A stretch of 64,000 bases of DNA. Source: Candidatus Thorarchaeota archaeon (GTDB lineage: Archaea > Asgardarchaeota > Thorarchaeia > Thorarchaeales > Thorarchaeaceae). The notes beneath the pieces are model-generated. The model did not search any database, was not told where the DNA came from, and saw only the letters and a list, made by a program, of their open reading frames with translations. Shown piece by piece: positions 17,798 to 28,077 of the stretch. The first letter of the stretch is position 1. Every line of letters starts with the position of its first letter. Location: NCBI GenBank assembly GCA_048882325.1, contig JBHLRS010000011.1, positions 1 through 64,000 of the forward strand. Direction: 5' to 3'. The position numbers and the translations under genes are program-made.

Positions 17798-17923
17798 GCG
17801 ACCATCATCCTTTTCCTCTGAATTATACAAATCTACTTAAATTGAGTTCGGCATGCGGTCTTTATTCAATTAGTGAGTAAGACTTTTTAAATCAACAGAC
17901 TTGCACCCTGCGGTGTTTAGTGC

Positions 17924-18964
17924 TTGAGAGGATTAATGAAAACTAAGAAGGGAGTTGGTAATGTTGAACTGCAGGAAGTCAAAGTGCCGCGACCCGCGAG
18001 TGATGAGGTGCTCCTAGAAGTCCTTGCCACAGGAATCTGCGGCACTGATTTACACATCAAACATGATAGTACATTCTACAAACCACCTGTCATATTGGGA
18101 CATGAATATATAGGCAAGGTAGTTGAAATCGGCGATGCAGTGACAGACATGCAAGTTGGAGACCGTGTTGTATCTCCTCCCAGAGCACATTGTGGACATT
18201 GCTATCAATGCATGACCGGACATGTGAATAGGTGTACAGCAACTGGTCAAAGAATACTAGGTTTTACTGTCAACGGATCTTTTGCAAAGTACCTCACTGT
18301 TCCAGGATATATCCTTCACCGTGTTCCTCCAAATGTGTCCTTAGATGAAGCGGCACTTGCCGAACCGACAGCCTGTGTGGTCCATGCTATAGTCGATAAT
18401 AATCTGGTTCGTCCGGGTGATGTTGTAGTTGTGCAAGGTCCCGGACCAATAGGTCTGCTTGCTGTTCAGATATCTAAAATCATGGGCGCAGGGAAAGTGA
18501 TTGTCACCGGCGTTACATCAGATAGGACTAGACTTGACATCGCGAAAGCGATTGGCGCCGACCTCACCATCAACGTTGAAGCTGAAGACAATCCTCTAGG
18601 ATTGATCCAAGAACACTCCAACGGTCTGGGTGCTGACACGGTGATTGAGGCTTCTGGCGCACTTGCTTCAAGTAGCCAAGCATTAGAATTTGTGAAAGTA
18701 GCTGGCAATATTTCGATAATAGGCATAATTGGACAACCAACAGAGATCAACCTAGATCTTATGGCAGAAAAGGAACTGAAGATGAGTGGGACATGGGGTT
18801 CAATTCCATCAGCTTGGGTAACTACTTTACGATTGATGGACCAAGGTATGATTAATGTCAAACCACTGATTACTCATAGAATTGCTCTGGATGACTGGGA
18901 GAGCGGTTTCAAACTACTAGAAACCCAGCAGGCTGTGAAAGTCGTTTTCACAGATCTTGACTAA
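17924..18964 (+). CDS. Zn-dependent alcohol/polyol dehydrogenase (MDR)
   Basis: GICGTDLH, GHE, C-x2-C-x2-C-x7-C, GPGPIG. Confidence 0.9.
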   Translation: MRGLMKTKKGVGNVELQEVKVPRPASDEVLLEVLATGICGTDLHIKHDSTFYKPPVILGHEYIGKVVEIGDAVTDMQVGDRVVSPPRAHCGHCYQCMTGHVNRCTATGQRILGFTVNGSFAKYLTVPGYILHRVPPNVSLDEAALAEPTACVVHAIVDNNLVRPGDVVVVQGPGPIGLLAVQISKIMGAGKVIVTGVTSDRTRLDIAKAIGADLTINVEAEDNPLGLIQEHSNGLGADTVIEASGALASSSQALEFVKVAGNISIIGIIGQPTEINLDLMAEKELKMSGTWGSIPSAWVTTLRLMDQGMINVKPLITHRIALDDWESGFKLLETQQAVKVVFTDLD

Positions 18965-19100
18965 TCCTCCATGTATTAAACTATGAGTTTGGTTTATGAT
19001 CACAAGATGGATGATGCATTAAGGACCTATTTGGTATCTCCGCAGACTGCCAACAGTGGGAGTCTAAAATTAAAAACTAGATAAAACTTAATAGCTTGGC

Positions 19101-20111
19101 ATGAGAAATTTCAGGAAACTGCTGAAGTTTGTGAAGTCCTTGAAGAAAACTAAACTAATTGAGATGTACACGAACATGGTAAGAATAAGAGAGTTCGAGG
19201 AAGCAGTTCATTCTTCTTACAGTGAGGGATTGATAGCAACTCCTGGACTGCTACATCTATATATTGGAGAGGAAGCTGTAGCTGTTGGAACTTGTGCAAA
19301 CCTCAGAGATGAAGACTACATTGTTAGCACTCATCGCGGCCATGGTCACTGTATAGCCAAGGGTGGAAACATGCGGAAGATGATGGCTGAGATCTGGGGG
19401 CGGCAAACTGGCTATTGTAAAGGCAAGGGAGGTTCTATGCACATTTCCGACCCTGAAATTGGAATTGTTGGTTGCAGTGGTATTGTTGGAGCAGGAAATC
19501 CAATTGCGGCTGGTGTTGGCTACTCCATTCAACGTAGGGGCACAGATCAGGTCTGCGTGTCATTCTTTGGTGATGGTGCCACAAATACAGGGGGATTTCA
19601 TGAAGGAATCAGTCTAGCTGCTGCTTGGAATCTTCCAGTAATATTTGTATGTGAGAACAACCTTTACGCCATTTCTGTGTCTGTTAGCAAAGCTTTCAAA
19701 GTGCAAAATATTGCAGACAGGGCATCTGGTTATGGCATTCCCGGCTCTATTGTTGATGGCATGGATGTGTTGGAAGTGTATAATGCTGTTGAAACAGCTG
19801 TGAAAAGAGCCCGTAATGGTAAGGGTCCCAGTCTGATAGAGTGTAAGACTTATAGATATCTTGGCCATATGCTCGGAGACCCCGATTTTGGCGTGGGTCA
19901 TTACAGATCGGATAGCGAGCTCAAGAGTTGGAAAGCACGAGATCCGATTGTCGCATTTAGAGAAAAGTTGTTGGAACAGAAGACTCTTTCACAGACCGAT
20001 ATAAAAAAGATTAATGAGAAGGTAAGGAATGAAGCTGAAGATGCAGTGAAGTTTGCAGAAGAAAGCCCGTTTCCCTCAACGGAAACTGCTCTTGATGATG
20101 TGTTCGTATGA
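19101..20111 (+). CDS. TPP-dependent dehydrogenase E1 alpha subunit (acetoin/pyruvate dehydrogenase type)
   Basis: HLYIGEEA, STHRGHGH, GKGGSMH, GDGA...ENN, TYRY.GH. Confidence 0.92.
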   Translation: MRNFRKLLKFVKSLKKTKLIEMYTNMVRIREFEEAVHSSYSEGLIATPGLLHLYIGEEAVAVGTCANLRDEDYIVSTHRGHGHCIAKGGNMRKMMAEIWGRQTGYCKGKGGSMHISDPEIGIVGCSGIVGAGNPIAAGVGYSIQRRGTDQVCVSFFGDGATNTGGFHEGISLAAAWNLPVIFVCENNLYAISVSVSKAFKVQNIADRASGYGIPGSIVDGMDVLEVYNAVETAVKRARNGKGPSLIECKTYRYLGHMLGDPDFGVGHYRSDSELKSWKARDPIVAFREKLLEQKTLSQTDIKKINEKVRNEAEDAVKFAEESPFPSTETALDDVFV

Positions 20112-20122
20112 GGTGATGATCA

Positions 20123-21154
20123 ATGAGCGATAGAGTAATGCAGCTTAACGAAGCCATAAACGAGGCTATTGCGCAGGAAATGGAGCGGGATTCTTCCGTA
20201 GTTGTTTTTGGGGAAGATGTTGAGTCTTTTGGAGGAGGAGGAGGAGTCTTCGGAGTTACAAAAGGATTGAAAGAGAAGTTCGGAGAGCGAGTCAAAGATA
20301 CACCCATGGTGGAGGCGGCTATTGTAGGAGCCGCTCTTGGGTCTGCTATAACTGGCTTGAGACCAATTGCGGAAATAATGTTTGTGGACTTCATTGGATG
20401 TGCCATGGATCAAATTCTTAACCAGTTAGCAAAAACGCGTTACATGTTTGGAGGGAGTATGAAGGTTCCAGCAGTAATTAGGTGTCCTAGCGGTTCGAGG
20501 TGGCCAGTTTCGTGCGGAGCCGCCCAGCATTCTCAGAGCCTAGAAGCGTTCTTCATGCACATACCCGGACTGAAGGTCGTTGCTCCATCCATGCCTTTCG
20601 ATGCCAAGGGATTGATGATTTCTGCAATTAGAGATGACAATCCAGTTATATTCATTGAACACAAGCTCACTTACTACGCCAAGCGATCACTAACATTGAG
20701 AGATAGCTACAAAACCCTTCTTCAACATGTTCCTCCGGAGGACTTCACAATACCAATTGGTGCTGCTGAAATAAAAAGAGAAGGCAACGATGTGACAATT
20801 GTCGCTACGATGATGATGGTTCACAAAGCTCTGAAGGCCGCAGAGGAGCTGAGTAAAGAAGGAATTGAAGCGGAAATAGTGGACCCCAGAACACTGGTTC
20901 CACTAGACACTGAAACGATAATTCAAAGTATCAAGAAAACAAGCAAAGCAGTAGTTGTCACGGAGGAAACGAAGACTGCAAGCACAGCCGCTGAAATTGG
21001 AATGGTAATAATGGAGCAAGGTTTCGACTTTCTTGATGCTCCGGTGATAAGAGTTTGTGCACCGGATGCGCCAATTCCACACAGTACAGTCTTGGAAGGT
21101 GCTATCATACCTCAAGAATCTGATATTGTAAGAGTGGTTAGATCAATCGTGTAG
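20123..21154 (+). CDS. TPP-dependent dehydrogenase E1 beta subunit
   Basis: GEDV, DTP..E.AIVG, EIMFVDF, AAQHSQ, FIEHK, DPRTL.PLD. Confidence 0.92.
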   Translation: MSDRVMQLNEAINEAIAQEMERDSSVVVFGEDVESFGGGGGVFGVTKGLKEKFGERVKDTPMVEAAIVGAALGSAITGLRPIAEIMFVDFIGCAMDQILNQLAKTRYMFGGSMKVPAVIRCPSGSRWPVSCGAAQHSQSLEAFFMHIPGLKVVAPSMPFDAKGLMISAIRDDNPVIFIEHKLTYYAKRSLTLRDSYKTLLQHVPPEDFTIPIGAAEIKREGNDVTIVATMMMVHKALKAAEELSKEGIEAEIVDPRTLVPLDTETIIQSIKKTSKAVVVTEETKTASTAAEIGMVIMEQGFDFLDAPVIRVCAPDAPIPHSTVLEGAIIPQESDIVRVVRSIV

Positions 21155-21372
21155 AGTATGGATTGTTAGATGTATGAGTGTAGCTGAATAAATTGTAATT
21201 GCTTAGCAAGATCGATTTAAATCATGTTCACGATTTAATCAGATTTTATATGCCGCCTTTCAACTTTATATAGGTCGCTTCTCTACCGCAGTTTTTAATT
21301 AGCTACTATTCCAACAAAATAAAACCGGACGGTCGTTTCAGCCAAACTCTATGCAGTGAGAGTGTTCCAAGA

Positions 21373-22755
21373 ATGATTGATGCAAATAAACTAACCAAAT
21401 TACTTATTGAAGCAATCGGGACGGATCGTGTGACAGACAGAGATTTTGACCTGATTGCTTACAGCAGGGACTTAAGCCCAGCAAAGCCAAAGCTTGCAAC
21501 GCATGTGGTTATGCCAGAAAACAGAGAGGAGATACAAAAGATTCTGAAAATTGCGAATAAGAACAACGTTCCAGTATACCTTCGAGGAGGAGGCGGATCA
21601 CATTGGGATGCTTACCTACCCCAGGAGCCTGGAATCTTGCTTGACATGGCGTGTATGAACAAAGTGGTTGAAATTGAAGAAAGAGATCTAACTGTGACAG
21701 TGCAACCGAACTGTACATGGGCAAAGATGGACAGCGAATTACGGGAGAGAGGGTTAACCTATCTATGCAGTGAAGCGGGGGGTCCCGCTATGACAGTTGG
21801 AGGTTCCGTCATGAAAGCGGGAGGTGGACCATACGGTACCGCCAAGTTTGGCTTTCATGGTGACCAAGATCTTATCTCCCTAGAAATGGTGCTACCCAAC
21901 GGAGATGTCGTTCACACTGGCTCGGCAGCCTGGCCCAGTGCAGGCAAATTTAAGAGGCAGTGCATTGGTCCCGATCTAGCAGGCTTGTTTATAGGAGCGG
22001 AGGGAACTCTTGCTATTTGCACAGAGCTAACCCTACGTGTACGTCCAGTCACTGATTTTAAGGAACGAATATTCGCTACCGTGGACAGTCTTGGTGATGT
22101 GATAAAGCTGGGACACTTCATGAATCGCCACGTTGGTGATGAATACCTTCAGGGATTCTATCTCTTTGTTGACCCTTCTAATCCTAATGTTTTCATGTTG
22201 ATGCTTGATGTGTTTGGATACGAAAAGGAGATAATTGACCACCGGACGAAAGGATTGAAAAAAGAGATCAAGAAACTGGGTGGCGTAATTGGAGACCCCG
22301 CTCCTGCCAACGATACCTACGATGGAATCCTCACAGGTCTATCGGATGTTTTTACTGCTGGGGTGTGGCACTTCTTTGGTTCAGGTACACTGAGGATTGA
22401 CGACATCGAGTTTCTCTACCGAGTTTGGCGCGAAGAGCTTTTGGAGAAAAGGGGCTATACAAAGGCTGCATTTGGAGGACAAATTCTGCCGCGGCATTGG
22501 CTGGCTTTCATGGTCACAAACTACAAAGAACCAGATGAGTGGGATGAAACAATTAAGCTGGCTGATGAGATCAATGAAATTGTACTCAACGGCCCAGTTG
22601 TACCCTATGGGATTGGAGGACGTGATGGATTTAGAACTTTCTTGGCTTCACGTAATACCGGCTATTATCGACTATTAAAGGAGATTAAGAAGACAGTTGA
22701 TCCGAACAACATCCTGCAGCGAGGCATACTTTTTCCAAAGGAGGAATTGCAATGA
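21373..22755 (+). CDS. FAD-binding oxidoreductase, GlcD family (second copy)
   Basis: RGGG, LEMVLPNG, GPDLAGLFIGAEGTL, IKKTVDPNNIL. Confidence 0.88.
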   Translation: MIDANKLTKLLIEAIGTDRVTDRDFDLIAYSRDLSPAKPKLATHVVMPENREEIQKILKIANKNNVPVYLRGGGGSHWDAYLPQEPGILLDMACMNKVVEIEERDLTVTVQPNCTWAKMDSELRERGLTYLCSEAGGPAMTVGGSVMKAGGGPYGTAKFGFHGDQDLISLEMVLPNGDVVHTGSAAWPSAGKFKRQCIGPDLAGLFIGAEGTLAICTELTLRVRPVTDFKERIFATVDSLGDVIKLGHFMNRHVGDEYLQGFYLFVDPSNPNVFMLMLDVFGYEKEIIDHRTKGLKKEIKKLGGVIGDPAPANDTYDGILTGLSDVFTAGVWHFFGSGTLRIDDIEFLYRVWREELLEKRGYTKAAFGGQILPRHWLAFMVTNYKEPDEWDETIKLADEINEIVLNGPVVPYGIGGRDGFRTFLASRNTGYYRLLKEIKKTVDPNNILQRGILFPKEELQ

Positions 22756-23948
22756 AAATCAACGATTTTGCTGAAATGATATATAGATGTGGCAGATGCA
22801 ATTTCTGTCGTGGATCTAACTTCAACGAGAGATGCCCCGAGGTCTTCACTCAAAAATGGGAATCATCTACAGCAAGAGGTAGGATGGCTATTGCACGTGC
22901 AATACACGAGGGCGAACTCGAATACTCACCGGAGATGGTTGAGAGAATTTTTGGTTGCTTCATGTGTGCACGATGCACAGAAGAATGTACGAAGGCTGCG
23001 CAGATTGACGTTGTCGCAATTACAAAGGCTATGCGAGAGGACATCGTATCCTTAGGTGTTGAAATCCCTGATGCTGGCGATAGGATGGTCAGAATGACAC
23101 TTGAAAAAGGAAACATATTCGCTGATACTCCTATCGTCCACACCAAATGGGCTGAGGATCTTAAATTTGTAGAAGGGTCAGGAACCTTATTTTATCCTGG
23201 ATGTCTGGCAAGCCACCGATTCAAAGAGAAGACAAGAATACTTGTTCAGTTACTTCAGGCATCAGGCTATGAGCTGGATTTCTTTGGGAATGATCAGACA
23301 TGCTGTGGGACTCCGCTTTGGGTAACTGGGAAGACAGATAACGCAGAGGCATTGGTCAAGGCACAGTTCAAAAAGATGCAGGACAGAGGAGTCACGGAGA
23401 TAATCACTCCTTGTCCTAGCTGCTTCAGAGCATTCGATGAAGACTATCCACGAATTCTAGGGATGAATGAATTTCCAATCAGAGTGCGTCATACAAGCGA
23501 TGTTCTGGAGGAAATCGTTCGAGAGAAAAGAATTAAGCTCAATAGACCAATTAGGAAACGAGTTACCTACCATGATCCATGTGAGATTGGTCGATATAGA
23601 ACAATTTACGAGCCCCCAAGGAAAGCGCTTGAGGCTATACCTGGGATTGAATTAAAAGAGATGGTGCGTAACAGAGAAACCTCATTCTGTTGCGGAGGAG
23701 GAGGAGGAGTCAAGCTAACATATCCAGAATACTCTGAACAGGTTTCACTAGAACGATTGAGAGACGTGATTGAAACGGATTCCGAGATTGTTGCGACCAT
23801 ATGCCCAGCTTGCGAGTTGAACTTGACACACGCAACATATGGGGCTGATGCAAATATTAGAGTTCTCGACATAGCTGAACTAATGGCTGTTTCTGCAGGA
23901 ATTGCTAATATGGATATTATCGAGTCGGACTACTTGCCTGAAGATTAA
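22752..23948 (+). CDS. GlcF/HdrD-like Fe-S oxidoreductase (second copy)
   Basis: CGRCNFC, CFMCARC, CCG, CPSC, YHDPC, CCGGGGG, CPAC; ATGA overlap with upstream gene. Confidence 0.9.
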   Translation: MKINDFAEMIYRCGRCNFCRGSNFNERCPEVFTQKWESSTARGRMAIARAIHEGELEYSPEMVERIFGCFMCARCTEECTKAAQIDVVAITKAMREDIVSLGVEIPDAGDRMVRMTLEKGNIFADTPIVHTKWAEDLKFVEGSGTLFYPGCLASHRFKEKTRILVQLLQASGYELDFFGNDQTCCGTPLWVTGKTDNAEALVKAQFKKMQDRGVTEIITPCPSCFRAFDEDYPRILGMNEFPIRVRHTSDVLEEIVREKRIKLNRPIRKRVTYHDPCEIGRYRTIYEPPRKALEAIPGIELKEMVRNRETSFCCGGGGGVKLTYPEYSEQVSLERLRDVIETDSEIVATICPACELNLTHATYGADANIRVLDIAELMAVSAGIANMDIIESDYLPED

Positions 23949-24260
23949 GCCATCCCTTTCAAAAATAGCAGGCATAGACGGATTTGTTGAAATCAGTGAA
24001 GAAAATACTGGTTCACTCTTGATGTCGAGGTTTTTAACAAACATAACCAAGATGAATCAAAATGAACTTAATCAAATCCAAACTGCTCCCGGTGTCAAGA
24101 ACCTCTCTTGAATTTTGAGAACATCGCTCTGTTCTGCCTTGCGAGAACTTCAATTCTAGATCTGAACACTTCGCAAAACACCGAAGGTGATATAAGTTGG
24201 CTAACTGGTCAACCACCTACATTATCAGTTATTCGCCGCGGTTGCCCTGAAGGTGAAATT

Positions 24261-24929
24261 ATGTCAAGCAAACGACAAGACATCGTTAAGCGATTCTCTA
24301 ACAGTTATGTGGCTGCAGTATCTGACGCTGCAGATGCCGTTGGTATTGGAGCTGTATGCATGGACAGTGGTATTGGACCGGTCAGCAAGAACAAACGGGT
24401 TGTTGGATTTGCACGTACTGCCAAGACTGCGCGCTCTCCTGCGAACCATCCATATGATGAAGAGCAGGTTGTCACTTTCATGACTTTAGCGTCACAGGCC
24501 AGTAAATATGATATCATTGTAGTTGACATGTCCGGAGCAACAGATTGTTCAGGATGGGGTCAGATAGTGACTCGTATTGCATTATCACACGGAGCTGTCG
24601 GAGCGGTTGTTGATGGAACAGTTAGGGACATAGCAGATGTTGATACTATGGACTTCCCTGTATTCGCACGAGGTCGCCATCCTGGTACTCTCAGAGGACG
24701 TCTGAATGTCGAATCGATAGGAGAATCAATAAAGTGTGGAGGGGTAACTGTGCATCACGGTGATCTTGTTCTTGGAGACGGAGATGGCGTTGTGGTGATA
24801 CCTCAGGACCGAATTGCAGATGTGGCAATAGCTGCCGATGAAATCATTTCGGCTGACTCATGGTGGGAAGAGAAGCTCAAGGAAGGCAAAGATCCACACG
24901 AGCTTCATAAGGAAAAGCCAATTCCCTGA
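24261..24929 (+). CDS. RraA/HMG-CHA aldolase family protein
   Basis: VSDA, WGQI, GAVVDGTVRD, V..GDLVLGDGDGVVVIP; AGGTGA RBS before ATG 24261. Confidence 0.85.
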   Translation: MSSKRQDIVKRFSNSYVAAVSDAADAVGIGAVCMDSGIGPVSKNKRVVGFARTAKTARSPANHPYDEEQVVTFMTLASQASKYDIIVVDMSGATDCSGWGQIVTRIALSHGAVGAVVDGTVRDIADVDTMDFPVFARGRHPGTLRGRLNVESIGESIKCGGVTVHHGDLVLGDGDGVVVIPQDRIADVAIAADEIISADSWWEEKLKEGKDPHELHKEKPIP

Positions 24930-25007
24930 AACTGCCTTCAATGTGATAATCCTATTTACACCTGTGGAGTGAAATAAACTTTCATCCAAATCGTGAAGTG
25001 GGAACCC

Positions 25008-25310
25008 TTAGCCTCCTACTGCTGCTATCATGAACACAATCAGATCGCCATCAGAGAGCTTAGATTGTTCTCCTTTGTGCGCAACCATGTTACTTCCATT
25101 AAGGATTACGATTGTGTCTCTTCTGAGTACTCTTTTCTCCTTATCTCCTAAGTAGATCTCAAACCTTTCTCCATATTCTTCATGCAAATCGTCAATTAGG
25201 TCTCTTATGGTGGATTCCGGTTCGATTTTGAACTCGAACTTGTCGTGTTCGCGTGACTCTAAGCCTTTACCCATCAGCTTCACGAAGACCTCAGTCATTC
25301 TCAATACCAC
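25008..25310 (-). CDS. MoaD/ThiS/SAMP ubiquitin-like sulfur carrier
   Basis: ILNG...L.DGD.I...AVGG C-terminal diglycine; divergent from AOR operon. Confidence 0.88.
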   Translation of the reverse strand: MVLRMTEVFVKLMGKGLESREHDKFEFKIEPESTIRDLIDDLHEEYGERFEIYLGDKEKRVLRRDTIVILNGSNMVAHKGEQSKLSDGDLIVFMIAAVGG

Positions 25311-25533
25311 CGTTTTTCTAATACATACTTTGGTCTAGCTTGAATTAAATATGTTGCTTGCGACTATTTAACTGGAATTCAAGGAGATTAAGGTTTTTAT
25401 GAGGAATGTGGTTCTAAATTGATTACATTCATTTAACCAAATTTTCCGGTACGTCTCTAACATACATTTAAATGGCAGGACCACATACTCTTGGATTTCG
25501 ATGCACTATTAACCAGCCACGGAGTTAAAACCA

Positions 25534-26022
25534 ATGAGTTACTTACTAGTTGATATGGATGAATGTACTAGTTGCAAACAATGCACTTTAGCTTGCAGTT
25601 TTACCAAAGAAGATCTTTTTGACCCGCATCGGTCTAGAATAAGGATTGTGAAAATAGAAGAAATCGCATTAGGCATTCCGCAGCTCTGCGAACAGTGTGA
25701 TCCTCATCCGTGTGTGGATTCTTGTCCAAATGGTGCACTATCAAGGAACGAGGAATCCGGCATCATCACTGTTGATCAAAATCTTTGTACTGGGACTGGA
25801 GCTTGTATTGAAGCCTGTACTTATTATGCAATTCAACTCCACCCGGAAACAAAGAAGGCTCTTATTTGCGATTTATGTGGTGGGGATCCGTATTGTGTTT
25901 CACATTGCACTTCCGGTGCTCTCCAATGGATAGAATCTACAGATGATGTTCTTAAAACTAAGAAGAGGTTACGTTCAAACAGAATGGCAAAGTACAGAGA
26001 AATGAAGAAGGTGGTTGCATAA
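25534..26022 (+). CDS. 4Fe-4S polyferredoxin subunit of aldehyde oxidoreductase
   Basis: CTSCKQC...C, CEQC...C...CP, CTGTGAC...C, CDLCGGDPYCV..C. Confidence 0.9.
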   Translation: MSYLLVDMDECTSCKQCTLACSFTKEDLFDPHRSRIRIVKIEEIALGIPQLCEQCDPHPCVDSCPNGALSRNEESGIITVDQNLCTGTGACIEACTYYAIQLHPETKKALICDLCGGDPYCVSHCTSGALQWIESTDDVLKTKKRLRSNRMAKYREMKKVVA

Positions 26023-26025
26023 GTT

Positions 26026-27948
26026 ATGTTCGGATATCAAGGAAAAATTCTACATGTAGACCTCACGAATGGTAAGATATGGAAGGAAGACATACCAGAG
26101 GAATGGAAGCGGTTATACATTGGCTCTAGAGGAATTAATGTAAAGATTCTCTGGGATTACTGCAAGGATCCAGACATCACTTGGGATGATCCCCGTAATA
26201 TCATTGTCTATGCTCCTGGGACTTTGACTGGTACAACGGCTCCATGTTCCGGCAGGACATCTGTCACCACTGTGGGCTGTACCACTGGACTCTATCTTAA
26301 GTCAAATACAGGCGGTCATTGGGGCGCAGAGTTGAAGTTTGCAGGGTACGACCATCTCGTTGTGCATGGAGTTGCTGACAAGCCCTCATATATTCGGATT
26401 GAAGACGATCACGTAGAAATACGAGATGCTGCAGATCTTTGGGGTAAGGACATTGTTGAAACTGATAGGCTGCTGAAGAAGTGGCATGGTGACAAGTCAA
26501 GAGCTCTCTACATAGGACCGGCGGGAGAAAACTTGGCCCGCTCCTCTTCAATACAGTGTTCGCTATATCATGCAGCTGGCCGCGGCGGAGGAGCCGCTGT
26601 CATGGGAAAGAAGAATCTGAAAGCAATCAGTGTTACAGGTACTAAACCTGTGAGAGTTAAGGATCCAAAGAAGTTCGAAGCGATTGCGAAAGAAATGAGA
26701 GATGCAATTATTGCTGACAGTGCAAGTAAAGCTATGCATGACTATGGCACTTCTGGCTCTATCGCAGGAGTGAATGAGATGCACGCCTTTCCTGGCAGAA
26801 ATTGGCAGACTGGCTATACAGAGAATGTTTATCCAATAACTGGGCAAGGATTGGCTGAGCAGGGTTACCTCAAACGAAAGGTTGCTTGTTTTTCCTGCAC
26901 TATCGGTTGTCATAGGTATTCTGAAATAGACGAAGGTCCGAATAGCGGCATTGCAAGTGGCGGGCCAGAGTACGAGACATTCGGTGCGCTGGGTAATGGT
27001 CCTGGGATTATAGATACTGAGGGCGTCTTGTTGGCCAACGAGCTCTGCAACCGTCTTGGTCTTGATACAATCACAGCTGGCACGGTCAGTCAGTGGGCAA
27101 TTGAGAGCTATGAGAGGGGTGTTCTGACCAAGGAAGATACAGATGGTCTTGAACTAGGCTGGGGCAAGATTGAAGAACTTCTCAAGACAATCGAAGCCAT
27201 TGCATATAGGCAAGGTAAGCTTGGAGAACTCTTGGCTGATGGCCTCAAGATTGCAACAAACAAAGTAGGGCAAAATTCCTACCAATGGGCTATAATGAAT
27301 TCCAAAGGTATGGAAATGTCTAATGTGGAAACTCGCTCGGCCAAAGCCTATGCACTGGCTTTTGCTGTAAACCCACGTGGGAATGATCACTTGATGACAG
27401 AAACATTCGCAGAGTTTGGTGCCAGTCCGGAAGCTGTGGCTGTCGTGGAAAAGGTGACTGGTGATAAGAAATGGGCATCGCCTCATTTAACAGACTATCG
27501 AGCTGAAATTGTCCGATGGCATGAGGACTGCTATGAGATCACTGAGGCATTAGGATTCTGTGTATTCACTTCTACAGCACTTTATGGAGTCAATCCTGAC
27601 AATATGGCCCGGATTTTTACAGCTGCAACTGGAATCCCCATGACTGAAGAGGAAATGATGTTAACGGGTCGAAGAGTGGTCACCCTGGAGAAAGCCTTCA
27701 ATATTACGCGCGGTGCAACTAGGGCACTTGACGACTTGCCTTGGCGAGTTATGAATGAAGGGGCGGCATCAGGACCACTAAAGGGAGAAATGAACTCTAG
27801 AAAAGAGATCGATAAGGGACTCGACCGCTACTACGAGTTGCATGGGTGGGACAAAGAATCAAGCTGGCCGCTTCGAAGCACCTATAGCAAATTGGGACTT
27901 AGCGATGTTGCAGAGTATCTCATAAAGATTGGGAAGCCGCCTAAGTAG
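26026..27948 (+). CDS. aor: Tungsten-dependent aldehyde:ferredoxin oxidoreductase family
   Basis: GY.GKILHVDLT, IGPAGENL, AAGRGG..AVMG.KNLKAI, CFSC.IGC, GPEYET, GLDTI. Confidence 0.92.
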   Translation: MFGYQGKILHVDLTNGKIWKEDIPEEWKRLYIGSRGINVKILWDYCKDPDITWDDPRNIIVYAPGTLTGTTAPCSGRTSVTTVGCTTGLYLKSNTGGHWGAELKFAGYDHLVVHGVADKPSYIRIEDDHVEIRDAADLWGKDIVETDRLLKKWHGDKSRALYIGPAGENLARSSSIQCSLYHAAGRGGGAAVMGKKNLKAISVTGTKPVRVKDPKKFEAIAKEMRDAIIADSASKAMHDYGTSGSIAGVNEMHAFPGRNWQTGYTENVYPITGQGLAEQGYLKRKVACFSCTIGCHRYSEIDEGPNSGIASGGPEYETFGALGNGPGIIDTEGVLLANELCNRLGLDTITAGTVSQWAIESYERGVLTKEDTDGLELGWGKIEELLKTIEAIAYRQGKLGELLADGLKIATNKVGQNSYQWAIMNSKGMEMSNVETRSAKAYALAFAVNPRGNDHLMTETFAEFGASPEAVAVVEKVTGDKKWASPHLTDYRAEIVRWHEDCYEITEALGFCVFTSTALYGVNPDNMARIFTAATGIPMTEEEMMLTGRRVVTLEKAFNITRGATRALDDLPWRVMNEGAASGPLKGEMNSRKEIDKGLDRYYELHGWDKESSWPLRSTYSKLGLSDVAEYLIKIGKPPK

Positions 27949-28077
27949 GAGGCCGCCATGTCCTCACTCCCGCCTTATACCTCCCATTCGACATCGGATT
28001 TGCACTGGACCATAACAGACATATGCGGGGCAGCCTAACATGCACGGTAATATTGGGATATAAGTTGATGATGTACA

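Noticed and set aside
25008-25310. Eukaryote-like ubiquitin system
   Set aside because: MoaD/SAMP-type sequence beside an AOR operon, the usual tungsten-cofactor context; no E2/E3/JAB genes nearby
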